The notes beneath the pieces were generated by a model, which was not told the origin of the DNA, did no database searches, and saw only the letters and a list, made by a program, of their open reading frames with translations. A stretch of DNA of 64,000 nt from a virus (taxonomy: Duplodnaviria > Caudoviricetes): positions 6,730-70,729 of IMG/VR virus record IMGVR_UViG_3300032269_000764. One strand, written 5' to 3'. Shown one piece after another: positions 38,149 through 48,309 of the stretch (positions are counted from its first letter, which is position 1; each line of letters opens with the position of its first letter). The translations under genes were made by a program, and so were the position numbers.

Positions 38149-38934
38149 ATGTTTGAAAATATAAATGTAGAAAATTTTAAATGCGGTGTTAATGTAGTTT
38201 TTGGTAAAAATGTTAAGATCACCTCCTCAAATGGAGGCCGAGCAAAACAAGTTAAAATTGGTGACAATTGTTTTATTGGAGACAATGTGCAAATTATGTG
38301 TGATGAATTTTCTATTGGCGATTACGCTAGAATTCATCATGGAACAGATTTTCATGGAAAAATGCCATGTACAATAGGACATAATTTTTGGATTGGTCAA
38401 AATTCTATTGTCGATTCGTCTGGAACTATTAGCATAGGAAATAACTGTGGAGTCGGTGCCTTTTCTCAATTGTGGAGCCATATTAAATATGGAGATATTT
38501 TAGAAGGCTGCAGATTTAATTCAACCAAAAAACTAGAAATAGGAAACGACTGTTGGTTTGTTGGCCATTGTATTGTTTCACCAATCATAGCCGAAGATAA
38601 ATCTATGGCAATGGCTGGATCTGTTATTACTAAAAATATGGAAAAAAATGCTATTTATGCTGGAGTTCCAGCAAAAAAAATGATAGAGTGGGGAGGTCAA
38701 TTCGAAGAGATTTCGTTTGAAGTTAAATATAATAAAATGGTAGATTTATATATTGAATTTGGATCTCCTAAAAATATTAAAATAGTAATGGATCGTAGTG
38801 AAATAAAGGATGATAAAATTACTTACTTTATTATAAAAGAACGAAGTTATACTAAAAACCTATCAAATGAAGAAATTGGTTTTATAAAATTTTTATTACC
38901 AAATATAAAATTTATTCCATTACAACAAAACTAA
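38149..38934 (+). CDS. hexapeptide-repeat (left-handed beta-helix) acyltransferase
   Basis: Repeated IGDNCFIG/IGHNFWIG/IGNDCWFVG; YAGVPAK. Confidence 0.85.
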   Translation: MFENINVENFKCGVNVVFGKNVKITSSNGGRAKQVKIGDNCFIGDNVQIMCDEFSIGDYARIHHGTDFHGKMPCTIGHNFWIGQNSIVDSSGTISIGNNCGVGAFSQLWSHIKYGDILEGCRFNSTKKLEIGNDCWFVGHCIVSPIIAEDKSMAMAGSVITKNMEKNAIYAGVPAKKMIEWGGQFEEISFEVKYNKMVDLYIEFGSPKNIKIVMDRSEIKDDKITYFIIKERSYTKNLSNEEIGFIKFLLPNIKFIPLQQN

Positions 38935-38938
38935 TTAT

Positions 38939-39550
38939 ATGAGACACAATCCTTTTAAAATTGTTGAAATGTTTGAAGAACATATTGCCGATTATACTGG
39001 TGCTCCATATGCAGTAGCTGTAGATTCGTGTACCAATGCTTTATTTCTTTGTTGTAAATATTTACAAGTTAAAGATGTAATTATTCCAGCTAAAACATAT
39101 CTTTCTGTTCCTCAATCTATACTTCATGCCGGTGGTAATATTAAATTTAAAGATTATACATGGGAAGGAACATATCAACTTGAGCCTTATCCTATTTGGG
39201 ACGCTGCAAAAAGATTAACTTCTGGAATGTATAAACCTAATTCTTTTATGTGCCTTTCTTTTCATATTAAAAAACATTTAAAAATAGGCAAAGGTGGAAT
39301 GATATTAACTGACAATATCGAGGCTGTAAAATGGCTTAAACAAGCGAGATACGAAGGAAGAAATGAAGTACCTTATAAAAAAGACAATATTAAAATAATG
39401 GGTTGGAACATGTATATGACTCCAGTTGAAGCTGCAATGGGATTGGCTTTAATGCAAAATTATCCAGAACACATGCCAGATCAACCTGAACCGGGTGGTT
39501 ATAAAGATCTTAGAGATTTTGACATTTTTAAAAATATTAATACAGTATAA
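38939..39550 (+). CDS. DegT/DnrJ/EryC1/StrS-type sugar aminotransferase, short (203 aa)
   Basis: FEEHIADYTGAPYAVAVDSCTNAL, DAA, SFHIKKHLKIGKGGMILT (PLP lysine), GWNMYM. Confidence 0.85.
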   Translation: MRHNPFKIVEMFEEHIADYTGAPYAVAVDSCTNALFLCCKYLQVKDVIIPAKTYLSVPQSILHAGGNIKFKDYTWEGTYQLEPYPIWDAAKRLTSGMYKPNSFMCLSFHIKKHLKIGKGGMILTDNIEAVKWLKQARYEGRNEVPYKKDNIKIMGWNMYMTPVEAAMGLALMQNYPEHMPDQPEPGGYKDLRDFDIFKNINTV

Positions 39551-39558
39551 TAATTAAA

Positions 39559-40317
39559 ATGAAAAGTAAAATAGCTCTTGTTGTTAATACAGTATCTAAA
39601 AATTGTGATTTATGGAATATGTTTTTTTCCCAAATAGACAAACACATTCCTTTAAATTTTTTTTCTAATAAGTATGTATTTGTTGATGAACCCAATAAAA
39701 CAATACCAGATTTATATACAACAATAATTTATGATAAAAAAGATGTGTATAGAGATCAATTTTTAAATTCAATAAAACAAGTTAAAGAAGAATTTTGTTT
39801 ATACATTTCTGAAGACTATATTCTTTACAATGATATTTTAGTTGACAAATTATTATCTTATCAACAGTTTATGGAGTTGGATAATACAATTGCTTTTATT
39901 AGATTGCATCGTGGTGAAGTTGGGTATAGTGATATTATTCCATATAATTTATCTAACGAATTATTTTATGTTAATAGATATCTTCCATATTATTACAGCC
40001 AAACAGCCACAATATGGAGAACTAAAGATTTAGAAAAAATACATGAAACCGGACCCAAACTTCATATAGGAAATTCGGATTGGCAAAATTCATTTGAATG
40101 GAATGCTAATACTGCGTGTTTAAATTTAAATAAAACGGGATTGTTTGTGTATAGATTTGAATCTAAAAGAGGAATGTATCATTATGATTCTTCTGTTTTT
40201 CCTTATATAGCAACTGCTTTGGTTAAAGGACGTTGGAATATTTCCGAATATAAAAATGAACTCATTCCATTGATTAATGAATATGGTATAGATATTACCC
40301 AAAGAGGAGAATATTGA
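39559..40317 (+). CDS. hypothetical GT-A-like protein (252 aa)
   Basis: Inside the glycan island; LYISEDY acidic motif, S.TATIWR; weak by-eye similarity only. Confidence 0.45.
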   Translation: MKSKIALVVNTVSKNCDLWNMFFSQIDKHIPLNFFSNKYVFVDEPNKTIPDLYTTIIYDKKDVYRDQFLNSIKQVKEEFCLYISEDYILYNDILVDKLLSYQQFMELDNTIAFIRLHRGEVGYSDIIPYNLSNELFYVNRYLPYYYSQTATIWRTKDLEKIHETGPKLHIGNSDWQNSFEWNANTACLNLNKTGLFVYRFESKRGMYHYDSSVFPYIATALVKGRWNISEYKNELIPLINEYGIDITQRGEY

Positions 40318-41300
40318 TGGTGATTATAAGAAATACTTCTGCTGAAGTAGTAGATACAAATGCACATCATTTCTTTTTTGAAGAATATTCGGATAATAAT
40401 GAAGAAGAAATTGTTTTTTGTTATGGATATAACAGCAGTAATGATCTTAATGTCAGATTAAAGGCACAGAATACAAAAAGAAAAGTATTTTTTAATAATT
40501 GGGCACCAACTGAATTTGCACAGCCATTTGATCATTTTAGAAAAACTCCACTTTCATATGATGATTTTTTTAATGAAATATATTCAATATGTCCATATTC
40601 AAATAAATGGTTGAATGGATTAGGATTTAGTCATAAAAAATATAAAAATATATTTTATCCTTTTAATAAAAATTTAATACCACAAACCACAGAAAAAAAA
40701 TATGATGTAATCTATCATGGTGGTATACATGGCCAAGAGCATTTAGATTGTTTAGAAGTTATAAACAAATTTAATTATCGTTATTGTTCTATGACACATT
40801 CTATTAATCCTTTAACACAATATTGTCTCAAATATGCAACAAATTTAAATTTACCATTTAAAAATAAAATCCAATTAGTATCTGAATGTAAAATATCAGT
40901 TTGTTATAATTTAGTACATGTACTTCCAGAACATACATTAAATATAAAATCATGGAATAATTGGTCAGAAAATGAAGCATTTTCTGAAATAGATAAAACA
41001 AATTTAATGCCTCAATTTAAAACAAGAATGCACGAAGCCGCTATATCAAAAACATTAAATTTAATACAAATAGACAAATGGAACATAGCCGAACGCTACT
41101 ATATACCTAATGAAGAGTTTATATATTTTACTAATAAATTTGATTTAGAAGAAAAAATTAAAGATATTATTGATAATTGGGAAAATTATGTCCCAATAGT
41201 AGAAAAAGCATATAAACGTTCACTAAAATATACAACAGACAATTTTTTAAAACTAATTGAAACTAACAAAGAATGGAATAATTATTATGCCGAAAAGTGA
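40317..41300 (+). CDS. GT-B/GT1-like glycosyltransferase (CgeB-like C-terminus, putative)
   Basis: YDVIYHGG, CKISVCYN, KTRMHEAAISK, YIPNEEFIYF...DLEEKI. Confidence 0.6.
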   Translation: MVIIRNTSAEVVDTNAHHFFFEEYSDNNEEEIVFCYGYNSSNDLNVRLKAQNTKRKVFFNNWAPTEFAQPFDHFRKTPLSYDDFFNEIYSICPYSNKWLNGLGFSHKKYKNIFYPFNKNLIPQTTEKKYDVIYHGGIHGQEHLDCLEVINKFNYRYCSMTHSINPLTQYCLKYATNLNLPFKNKIQLVSECKISVCYNLVHVLPEHTLNIKSWNNWSENEAFSEIDKTNLMPQFKTRMHEAAISKTLNLIQIDKWNIAERYYIPNEEFIYFTNKFDLEEKIKDIIDNWENYVPIVEKAYKRSLKYTTDNFLKLIETNKEWNNYYAEK

Positions 41301-42504
41301 TGAATGCAGAGGATGTAAAAATAAAAATTTTACTACTGTTTTAGATTTGGGTGATCAGCCTTGGTGCAATGATTTTTTGACTAAAGAACAACTTGGTAAA
41401 GAAAATTCATATCCACTTAGACTCACTCACTGTGATACATGTGGTCTTTTGCAATTAGATTATACTGTCTCCAAAGAAATTATGTTTGGTGATCATAAGT
41501 ATTGCTCTGGTATGACAAAAACTCTTTTAAATCATTTTTATGATGTTGCAAAAGAAAACGTCACTCAATTTAATATTCAAAGTGATGATTTAATTGTTGA
41601 TATAGGTGGTAATGATGGTTCTCAATTAATTCAATATCAAAAATTGGGAATTACTAATGTTTTAAATTTTGAATCCGCTATCGCAGTATCTGAAATTGCA
41701 CGAGAAGCGGGAGTAAAAACTATTACAGAATTTTTTAATGAAGAAAACGCATTAAAACATATATCAAAAAATTCAGTTAAATTATATAATGCCTCTGGTG
41801 TTTTCTTTCATTTAGAAGAACTTCATAGTGTAATTAAAGGAATTAAAGAAACATTAAAAAATGAAGGTGTTTTAATTGTACAATTTATGTATGCAGGAGC
41901 AATGATTGAGGGTAAAAATTTTGATACAATATATCACGAACATCTGTGTTATTATACTATTAACAGTTTAGCCAATTTATTGAAACCATATGGATTAGAA
42001 ATATTTGATGGATATTATTCACCTATACATAGTGGATCTATTATAGCTAAAATTACACATAGTGATAACAATTTAAATGTTAAAACAGATCGTTTATTGA
42101 AATTAATTGAACAAGACAAAAAATATGATTTAAATTCTTTTGTATCTCTTGCAAATGAAGTACGAGATCAAAAACATGTACTTAAAACTCTTTTGATGCA
42201 ATTAAAAAATGAAGGTAAGAAAATTTATGTATATGGTGCTCCAGCAAAAGGAAACACACTTTTAAATTACTTTGAAATTGATAATACATTAGTAGATAAA
42301 GCAGTAGAAGTTAATAAAATGAAAATTGGATGCTATTTACCAAAATCTCATATTCCAATAGTTCAGGAAGATAAAAATGATCTTCCAGACTATTATCTTT
42401 TGCTTTCTCATAATTTTGCAGAAGAAATTATTGAAAAAAATAAAGATATAATAAATAAAGGTGTAAAATTTATTATACCATTCCCAAAAATTAAAATTAT
42501 TTAA
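41287..42504 (+). CDS. NDP-hexose C-methyltransferase (zinc-binding, TylCIII-type)
   Basis: CRGC...LDLGDQP, YPL....CDTCGL.QL, DIGGNDG, IYHEHL.Y, YGAPAKGNTLLNY; start moved to ATG 41287. Confidence 0.92.
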   Translation: MPKSDECRGCKNKNFTTVLDLGDQPWCNDFLTKEQLGKENSYPLRLTHCDTCGLLQLDYTVSKEIMFGDHKYCSGMTKTLLNHFYDVAKENVTQFNIQSDDLIVDIGGNDGSQLIQYQKLGITNVLNFESAIAVSEIAREAGVKTITEFFNEENALKHISKNSVKLYNASGVFFHLEELHSVIKGIKETLKNEGVLIVQFMYAGAMIEGKNFDTIYHEHLCYYTINSLANLLKPYGLEIFDGYYSPIHSGSIIAKITHSDNNLNVKTDRLLKLIEQDKKYDLNSFVSLANEVRDQKHVLKTLLMQLKNEGKKIYVYGAPAKGNTLLNYFEIDNTLVDKAVEVNKMKIGCYLPKSHIPIVQEDKNDLPDYYLLLSHNFAEEIIEKNKDIINKGVKFIIPFPKIKII

Positions 42505-42506
42505 AT

Positions 42507-43430
42507 TTGAAAGAATACAAAGTGATAAAAGTATTAGTGACAGGTGCTACTGGATTTTTAGGACGACATTTAGTAAAAAAGTTAACTAATTTAGGTTGGG
42601 AAGTACATATATCTAATTCAAAAATAGCAAATCTTAAAAATTTAAACAATTTGAAATGCTTTGATGATATAAAGTTTGATTATATATTTCATTTGGCGGT
42701 TGTTACCAAAGCAGGTGATTATTGCTTAAATAATCAAGCAACACAGTGGTTGGAAAATCAAACCATCAACACCAATATACTTAGATATTGGGTTGAAAAT
42801 CAACCACAAGCAAAAATAATTTGCATGGGTACTAGTTGCTCCTATACACCAGATACCCATATGAAAGAAGACAATTATCTATTAGGAGATCCAGAAAAAA
42901 GTCTTTATGTCTATGCGATGACCAAAAGAATGCTTCTGAATGGTTTGCATGCTATTCAACAACAACATAATTTAAAGTGGTTATATTTCATACCATCGAC
43001 ACTTTATGGTCCTGGATTTGAGTTGAACGATAATCATTTTATTTTTGATTTTATTCGTAATTGTTATAATGCTAAATTCCATGATGATAAATTTACCATA
43101 TGGGGAAACGGTGAACAGAGAAGAGAACTGATCTACGTTGATGATGCAATAGATGGAATGCTTAATCTTATTCACAATAATAATGAAGTATTTAATCTTG
43201 GTTCAGGTCAAGATTATTCTATAAATGAGTTTGCAAAAATAGTAAGTGAATGCTATAATTATGACTTCACTATGGTCAATCATGATATGAATAAGTATAT
43301 AGGAGCCAGACAAAAAAAGATAGATATTAGTAAGGTAACATCATACTTAGGTAACAAACAATATCTTAATACAAATTTGCATGATGGTATTAGTGCGTGT
43401 GTTGCAGATTTTATAGAAAGAATAAAATGA
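42507..43430 (+). CDS. NAD-dependent epimerase/reductase (GDP-fucose synthase-like SDR)
   Basis: VTGATGFLG, YAMTKR (YxxxK), STLYGP, IWGNGEQRRE.IYVDD. Confidence 0.85.
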   Translation: MKEYKVIKVLVTGATGFLGRHLVKKLTNLGWEVHISNSKIANLKNLNNLKCFDDIKFDYIFHLAVVTKAGDYCLNNQATQWLENQTINTNILRYWVENQPQAKIICMGTSCSYTPDTHMKEDNYLLGDPEKSLYVYAMTKRMLLNGLHAIQQQHNLKWLYFIPSTLYGPGFELNDNHFIFDFIRNCYNAKFHDDKFTIWGNGEQRRELIYVDDAIDGMLNLIHNNNEVFNLGSGQDYSINEFAKIVSECYNYDFTMVNHDMNKYIGARQKKIDISKVTSYLGNKQYLNTNLHDGISACVADFIERIK

Positions 43431-44239
43431 TTATTATGAATATTGATGTGATTTCTCATGCTCTTGGAATAGATGGTAAACTTGACGTTCCCGTTAACTT
43501 AGCATCAATAAAAATTGATATAGGATTGGCTGGCGAAGCACCCACTTCCGCCCTTTGGTTATCTAACCATAGTAATAGATTTGTTATAGGCATAGAACCT
43601 TTGGCATATCATTGGAAAATGTTGAATAATTTTGAAACTTCTGAATCAAAAAGACCCTATCCATATGACTTTGCAATAGTTCAATTAGAAGAAGGAGTAG
43701 TAAAAAAAAATAAACAGAACATATGCAATATTGGCAATAGGTTTTGCAAGATTCATTGTGCAATAGATAATGTAGATAAACCAACAAAGAAAAAATTTTA
43801 TCAAATGGATAGAAAAGATGGAGCATCAGGTTCATCTAGTTTATTGAAACCAACATCAAATCATCCACATTTCATAGAAGAAGAGATTTATGTTGATGTC
43901 ATTAGCCTTGCAATGATATTGGATCATGTTGATTGGGAAAGATTTCCATTCATAGAACATATCAAAACCGATTGTGAAGGACATGATTTTTCTGTTATAA
44001 AGAGCATTGGTGATAAATATTTTGATAAAATATTGTTTATCTCTAGTGAGATGTCTATATCAAATAAAACACATTGGGAAAATACTTATGATCACGAAGA
44101 GTATATTCGATATATGGACTCAAAGGGTTTTGATGTAATTTTTAGAAACAATCAAGATGTTATCTTTATGAACAGAAAGCTTAAAAAAACCGCAGACTTG
44201 TTTGCCTTACAAATGCAACCTATAATTCATGGACAATAA
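43427..44239 (+). CDS. FkbM-family methyltransferase-like protein
   Basis: IDIG, VIGIEP, GSSSLL, IKTDCEGHDF; start moved to ATG 43427 (ATGA overlap). Confidence 0.7.
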   Translation: MIIMNIDVISHALGIDGKLDVPVNLASIKIDIGLAGEAPTSALWLSNHSNRFVIGIEPLAYHWKMLNNFETSESKRPYPYDFAIVQLEEGVVKKNKQNICNIGNRFCKIHCAIDNVDKPTKKKFYQMDRKDGASGSSSLLKPTSNHPHFIEEEIYVDVISLAMILDHVDWERFPFIEHIKTDCEGHDFSVIKSIGDKYFDKILFISSEMSISNKTHWENTYDHEEYIRYMDSKGFDVIFRNNQDVIFMNRKLKKTADLFALQMQPIIHGQ

Positions 44240-44639
44240 TATGAGCGAAAGAAAATATTTACCAACACTTAGCGAACTAATAGACAGATTGAGTATTATT
44301 CAATTAAAAGAAGTATTTATTCCAAAACACAAAGAAGAATATGCCAAAGAAATAGAAGCAATTGTACATGACATTAATTTATTATTGGAAAATAGTAAAA
44401 TGGATGGAGATAGTATTCGTGCAATTGTAGTATTATCGCAAATGAATCTCCATATTTGGCACAATGAATCTGCAGTAAGAAATGGTAAAGAAGGAGCAGA
44501 TTTGCGCCTTACACATGGTTTGAATGGTATCCGAAACACAGCAAAGAATAAAATACAAGAAACAGTTGGTGGTAGAAAAGATTACAAGATTGACTGTTTG
44601 GCTGATGATTTTAAAGATTGGGAAATCAGTTGGAAATGA
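44229..44639 (+). CDS. conserved helical hypothetical protein
   Basis: KYLPTLSELIDRLSIIQLKE...N..IWH.E...R; start may be 44241. Confidence 0.6.
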   Translation: MDNNMSERKYLPTLSELIDRLSIIQLKEVFIPKHKEEYAKEIEAIVHDINLLLENSKMDGDSIRAIVVLSQMNLHIWHNESAVRNGKEGADLRLTHGLNGIRNTAKNKIQETVGGRKDYKIDCLADDFKDWEISWK

Positions 44640-45379
44640 AAATACTTGTAATTGGTGATTCGTGTACTGACATTTACCATTATGGTAAATGTAATCGTTT
44701 GGCTCCAGAAGGACCGGTTCCTGTTTTTATGACAACGAGAACAGAACTAAACGGTGGCATGGCAAAGAATGTATATGAAAATCTTCTTTCTTTGAACAAC
44801 AATTGTGACATTGTTACTAACGATGAACAAATTACTAAAATGCGTTATGTAGAGGAAAGAAAAAATCATCTTTTTCTGAGAGTAGATTCCCACGAAAGAA
44901 AAGTGGGAAGAATTAAAAATTTAAAAAATATAGATTTTTCTCTATATACAGGAATTGTTATTTCAGATTACGATCATGGATTCCTGACAGAACAAGATAT
45001 TGAATATATTGCTTCTAAGGCAAATGGAACTGTATTCATGGATACCAAGAAAAAATTGGGATCTTGGTGTTCTGAAATAGACTTTATAAAGATAAATGAA
45101 TTTGAATATGAAAAGACAAAGGACTTTATCACCAAAGAAATAGATGATAAACTTATAGTAACTTTGGGTGATAGGGGCTGCAGATTTCGTGATAAGGTAT
45201 TCCCCGTATTACCAGTAGAAGTAAAAGATATGGAAGGAGCAGGCGATACATTCTTAAGTGGAATGGTTCACGACTATATTCGTACACACAGCATAGATAG
45301 TGCAATACAACTTGCTAATAACTATGCAACAATAGTTGTTCAGCACAAGGGAGTAAATAAAATAGGAGATTTACTATGA
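44636..45379 (+). CDS. PfkB-family sugar kinase, HldE/RfaE kinase-domain-like
   Basis: ILVIGDSCTD.YHYG.CNRLAPEGPVPV, GMAKNV..N, ISDY.HG, KINEFE, D.EGAGDTF. Confidence 0.88.
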   Translation: MKILVIGDSCTDIYHYGKCNRLAPEGPVPVFMTTRTELNGGMAKNVYENLLSLNNNCDIVTNDEQITKMRYVEERKNHLFLRVDSHERKVGRIKNLKNIDFSLYTGIVISDYDHGFLTEQDIEYIASKANGTVFMDTKKKLGSWCSEIDFIKINEFEYEKTKDFITKEIDDKLIVTLGDRGCRFRDKVFPVLPVEVKDMEGAGDTFLSGMVHDYIRTHSIDSAIQLANNYATIVVQHKGVNKIGDLL

Positions 45380-45741
45380 AACAGGAAGCAGAAGTGATTA
45401 CAAAAGGTTGGGGTAGTGAATTAATTTTTGCTAATAATGAAAAATATTGTGGAAAACTACTCAACTTTAACAAGGGTTCCAGATTTAGTATGCATTTTCA
45501 TCTTTTAAAGGATGAGACATGGTATTTAAATAGTGGAAAAATTTTATTAAGATGGATTGATACAACAAATGCTTCCAAACATGAACTAATATTAACTGCC
45601 GGTGATGTGTGGAGAAATAAACCATGTGAACCACATCAAGTAGAAGCACTAGAAGATTCTGTTATATTTGAGGTTTCTACAACTCATTATGACAATGATA
45701 GTTATCGTGTTGAACCCGGTGACAGTCAGACAAAACGTTAA
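45376..45741 (+). CDS. cupin-domain protein (sugar isomerase-like)
   Basis: KGWGSE, YCGKLL, SMHFHLLKDETWY, PHQVEALED..IFEVST.HYDNDSYR. Confidence 0.8.
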   Translation: MKQEAEVITKGWGSELIFANNEKYCGKLLNFNKGSRFSMHFHLLKDETWYLNSGKILLRWIDTTNASKHELILTAGDVWRNKPCEPHQVEALEDSVIFEVSTTHYDNDSYRVEPGDSQTKR

Positions 45742-45750
45742 GGAATAAAT

Positions 45751-46443
45751 TTGAAATATTGTTTTGATATTGATGATACATTATTAAAATATCATGGTGA
45801 GTATGAATTGGCAACACCCATACAAAGCAGAATTGACAGGGTTAACCAATTGTATGATGAAGGAAATAAAATAATTCTTATGACCGCTAGAGGAATGTCT
45901 AGTGGTAAAGATCATACTGAATTAACAAAAAAACAACTCTTTAATTTTGGAATAAAATATCATGAATTAATCATGAATAAAAAACCAAATGCCGACATTT
46001 TTATAGATGACAAGGCGCTGAATGTTATTGATTGGGACAGACAATCAAATTCCATTGTTTGGTTGAATGGGTGCTTTGATATACTTCACAGAGGTCATAT
46101 TGAAATGTTTAAATATGCATCAACTTTAGGATGCAGGGTGGTGGTTGGTACCGATAGCGATCAAAGAATAAAAAAAACAAAAGCAACTAACAGACCTATA
46201 AATTGTCTAAATGATAGAATAGAAATTTTAATGTCATTAAAATGGATAGATGAGGTTGTTTCTTTTGACTCCGATGAAGAACTCTGTTTTTGGCTTAAAA
46301 AGTACTCGCCTAAATATAGAGTATTAGGTGGAGATTATAAAGACCACCAAAATAAAATTGTTGGTTCTGAATATTCAGGTAAAATATTATTTTTTGATAG
46401 GGTAGAAAAATATTCTACAACTGGTGTTATAAATGTTTTATGA
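45751..46443 (+). CDS. fusion: HAD-family phosphatase + RfaE-domain-II-like nucleotidyltransferase
   Basis: N-half FDIDDTL...MTARG...KP.AD.FIDDKA (HAD); C-half NGCFDILHRGH, GTDSD.RIK..K...RPIN, GGDY; TTG start. Confidence 0.85.
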   Translation: MKYCFDIDDTLLKYHGEYELATPIQSRIDRVNQLYDEGNKIILMTARGMSSGKDHTELTKKQLFNFGIKYHELIMNKKPNADIFIDDKALNVIDWDRQSNSIVWLNGCFDILHRGHIEMFKYASTLGCRVVVGTDSDQRIKKTKATNRPINCLNDRIEILMSLKWIDEVVSFDSDEELCFWLKKYSPKYRVLGGDYKDHQNKIVGSEYSGKILFFDRVEKYSTTGVINVL

Positions 46444-46645
46444 AACAAAAAAAAGAACGGTTATAAAAGCAATAGTTTGGAGATTGATAGCAACTTTAAA
46501 CAGTTTTTTAATATTGTTAGCAGCACTAACTAAAGAACCTATTTGGAATGCTGTAATAATGAATATTACAGGATTGTTTATATATTTTTTCTTTGAAAGA
46601 GCATGTAATATGATTACTTATGGAAAGGTAACAAGTGAAAAATAA
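46433..46645 (+). CDS. small membrane protein, DUF2061-like
   Basis: ETKKRTVIKAIVWRLIA, two hydrophobic stretches, YFFFER. Confidence 0.65.
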   Translation: MFYETKKRTVIKAIVWRLIATLNSFLILLAALTKEPIWNAVIMNITGLFIYFFFERACNMITYGKVTSEK

Positions 46646-47594
46646 AAAAGTTTTAGTGACAGGCGGTGCTGGTTATATTGGAACAACTCTAGTTCCAAAA
46701 CTGTTGGATCTCGGGTATACTGTTACAGTTGTTGACAATTTGATGTACCGTCAAACAGTACTTACAACACATTGTTCAAATCCCAATTTTAAATTTGTAA
46801 GAGCGGATGTGCGCGATAATAATGTTATGGATGCTTTAATAAAAACTCATGATATTATTATACCTTTGGCTTGTTTAGTTGGAATGCCTGCTTGCAAAAA
46901 AGATGAAAGAGCTGCAGTGCAAATCAATCAAGATGCTGTTCAACATATTGCGGATATTGCTGGAAAAAATAAAAAAATTATTTTCCCAACAACTAATTCT
47001 GGATATGGTGTGGGACAAATGAAAAATGGTGAGTTGGTATTTTGTAATGAAGAAACCCCGCTCGCTCCATTAAGTCTTTATGGTACTACCAAAGTAAATG
47101 CAGAAAATTATTTAAAAGATAAATCTGGAGCAGTATGTTTACGGTTGGCTACAGTTTTTGGAATATCAGAAAGAATGCGATTAGATTTATTAGTAAATGA
47201 TTTTACGTATAGAGCATGTACTGATAAATTTATAGTTTTATTTGAAAGTCATTTTAAAAGAAATTTTATTCATGTTAAAGATGTTGTTGGCGCTATTTTA
47301 TTCAGCATAGACAATTATGAACAAATGTCGGGCCAATCCTACAATGTAGGATTAAGTTCGGCCAATCTTTCAAAACTTGAATTATGCAATAAAATTAAAA
47401 ATTTAATAGTTAATTTTGCAATACAAGAATCTCAAATTGACAACGACCCAGATAAAAGAAATTATATTGTTAGTAATGAAAAACTGGAATCTCTTGGATG
47501 GAAACCTCAAGTTTCCCTTGAAGAAGGAATTAAAGAGTTGGTTCACGCCTATCAGATAATTTCTTACAATAATAAACTTTTTACAAATCAGTGA
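46635..47594 (+). CDS. NAD-dependent epimerase/dehydratase (SDR)
   Basis: VTGGAGYIG, LACLVG.PAC, YGTTK, LRLATVFG.S.RMRLDLLVNDF. Confidence 0.9.
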   Translation: MKNKKVLVTGGAGYIGTTLVPKLLDLGYTVTVVDNLMYRQTVLTTHCSNPNFKFVRADVRDNNVMDALIKTHDIIIPLACLVGMPACKKDERAAVQINQDAVQHIADIAGKNKKIIFPTTNSGYGVGQMKNGELVFCNEETPLAPLSLYGTTKVNAENYLKDKSGAVCLRLATVFGISERMRLDLLVNDFTYRACTDKFIVLFESHFKRNFIHVKDVVGAILFSIDNYEQMSGQSYNVGLSSANLSKLELCNKIKNLIVNFAIQESQIDNDPDKRNYIVSNEKLESLGWKPQVSLEEGIKELVHAYQIISYNNKLFTNQ

Positions 47595-47601
47595 GGATTA
47601 T

Positions 47602-48309
47602 ATGAAAGGTATTATTCTAGCAGGAGGATCTGGTAGCAGATTATCTCCATTGACGATATCTGTAAATAAACACCTTCTGCCAGTTGGAAATAAACCTATG
47701 ATTACACATTGTGTAGAAAAAATGGTTCAATCCGGCATAACAGATATATTAATAATTACCAATCCAGAATATGTTGGAAACTTTTCTATGCTTTTAAAAA
47801 GTGGTATAGAGTTTGGTTGCAACATAACATATAAAACCCAAGATAAGCCAGATGGAGTAGCAGGCGCTTTGGCCATGGCAAAAGAATTTGTTGGTTCAGA
47901 TTCATGTGCCGTTATTTTGGGAGATAATATGTTTAATTTTAATATTGCAACGCAAGTAAACAATTTTAAATCTGGTTGTCACTTATTGTTTAAATTTGTA
48001 CCAGATGGACATAGATATGGTATAGGTAGATTTAAAGATGGAAAATTATATCGTTTAGATGAAAAACCTAAAGATGTAGAAACTGCTTTTGCCTGTATTG
48101 GTGTTTATTTATTTGATAAAAATGTGTTTTCAATTATTTCTACTATATCTCCATCCGCAAGAGGCGAGTATGAAATTAGCGATGTGATTAACGCATATCT
48201 TACTCAAAATAAAGTAACTTTTGATTATATTGATGGGTGGTGGACTGATGCGGGAACACTTCCGTCTTATCAAAAAGCAAATGAAATGATGTGGAATGAA
48301 AAAATATAA
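47602..48309 (+). CDS. rmlA: glucose-1-phosphate thymidylyltransferase (RmlA-like)
   Basis: MKGIILAGGSGSRL.PLT...NKHLLPV, Q.KPDGVA.A, ILGDN, EKP, SARGEYEI.D, WWTDAGT. Confidence 0.92.
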   Translation: MKGIILAGGSGSRLSPLTISVNKHLLPVGNKPMITHCVEKMVQSGITDILIITNPEYVGNFSMLLKSGIEFGCNITYKTQDKPDGVAGALAMAKEFVGSDSCAVILGDNMFNFNIATQVNNFKSGCHLLFKFVPDGHRYGIGRFKDGKLYRLDEKPKDVETAFACIGVYLFDKNVFSIISTISPSARGEYEISDVINAYLTQNKVTFDYIDGWWTDAGTLPSYQKANEMMWNEKI

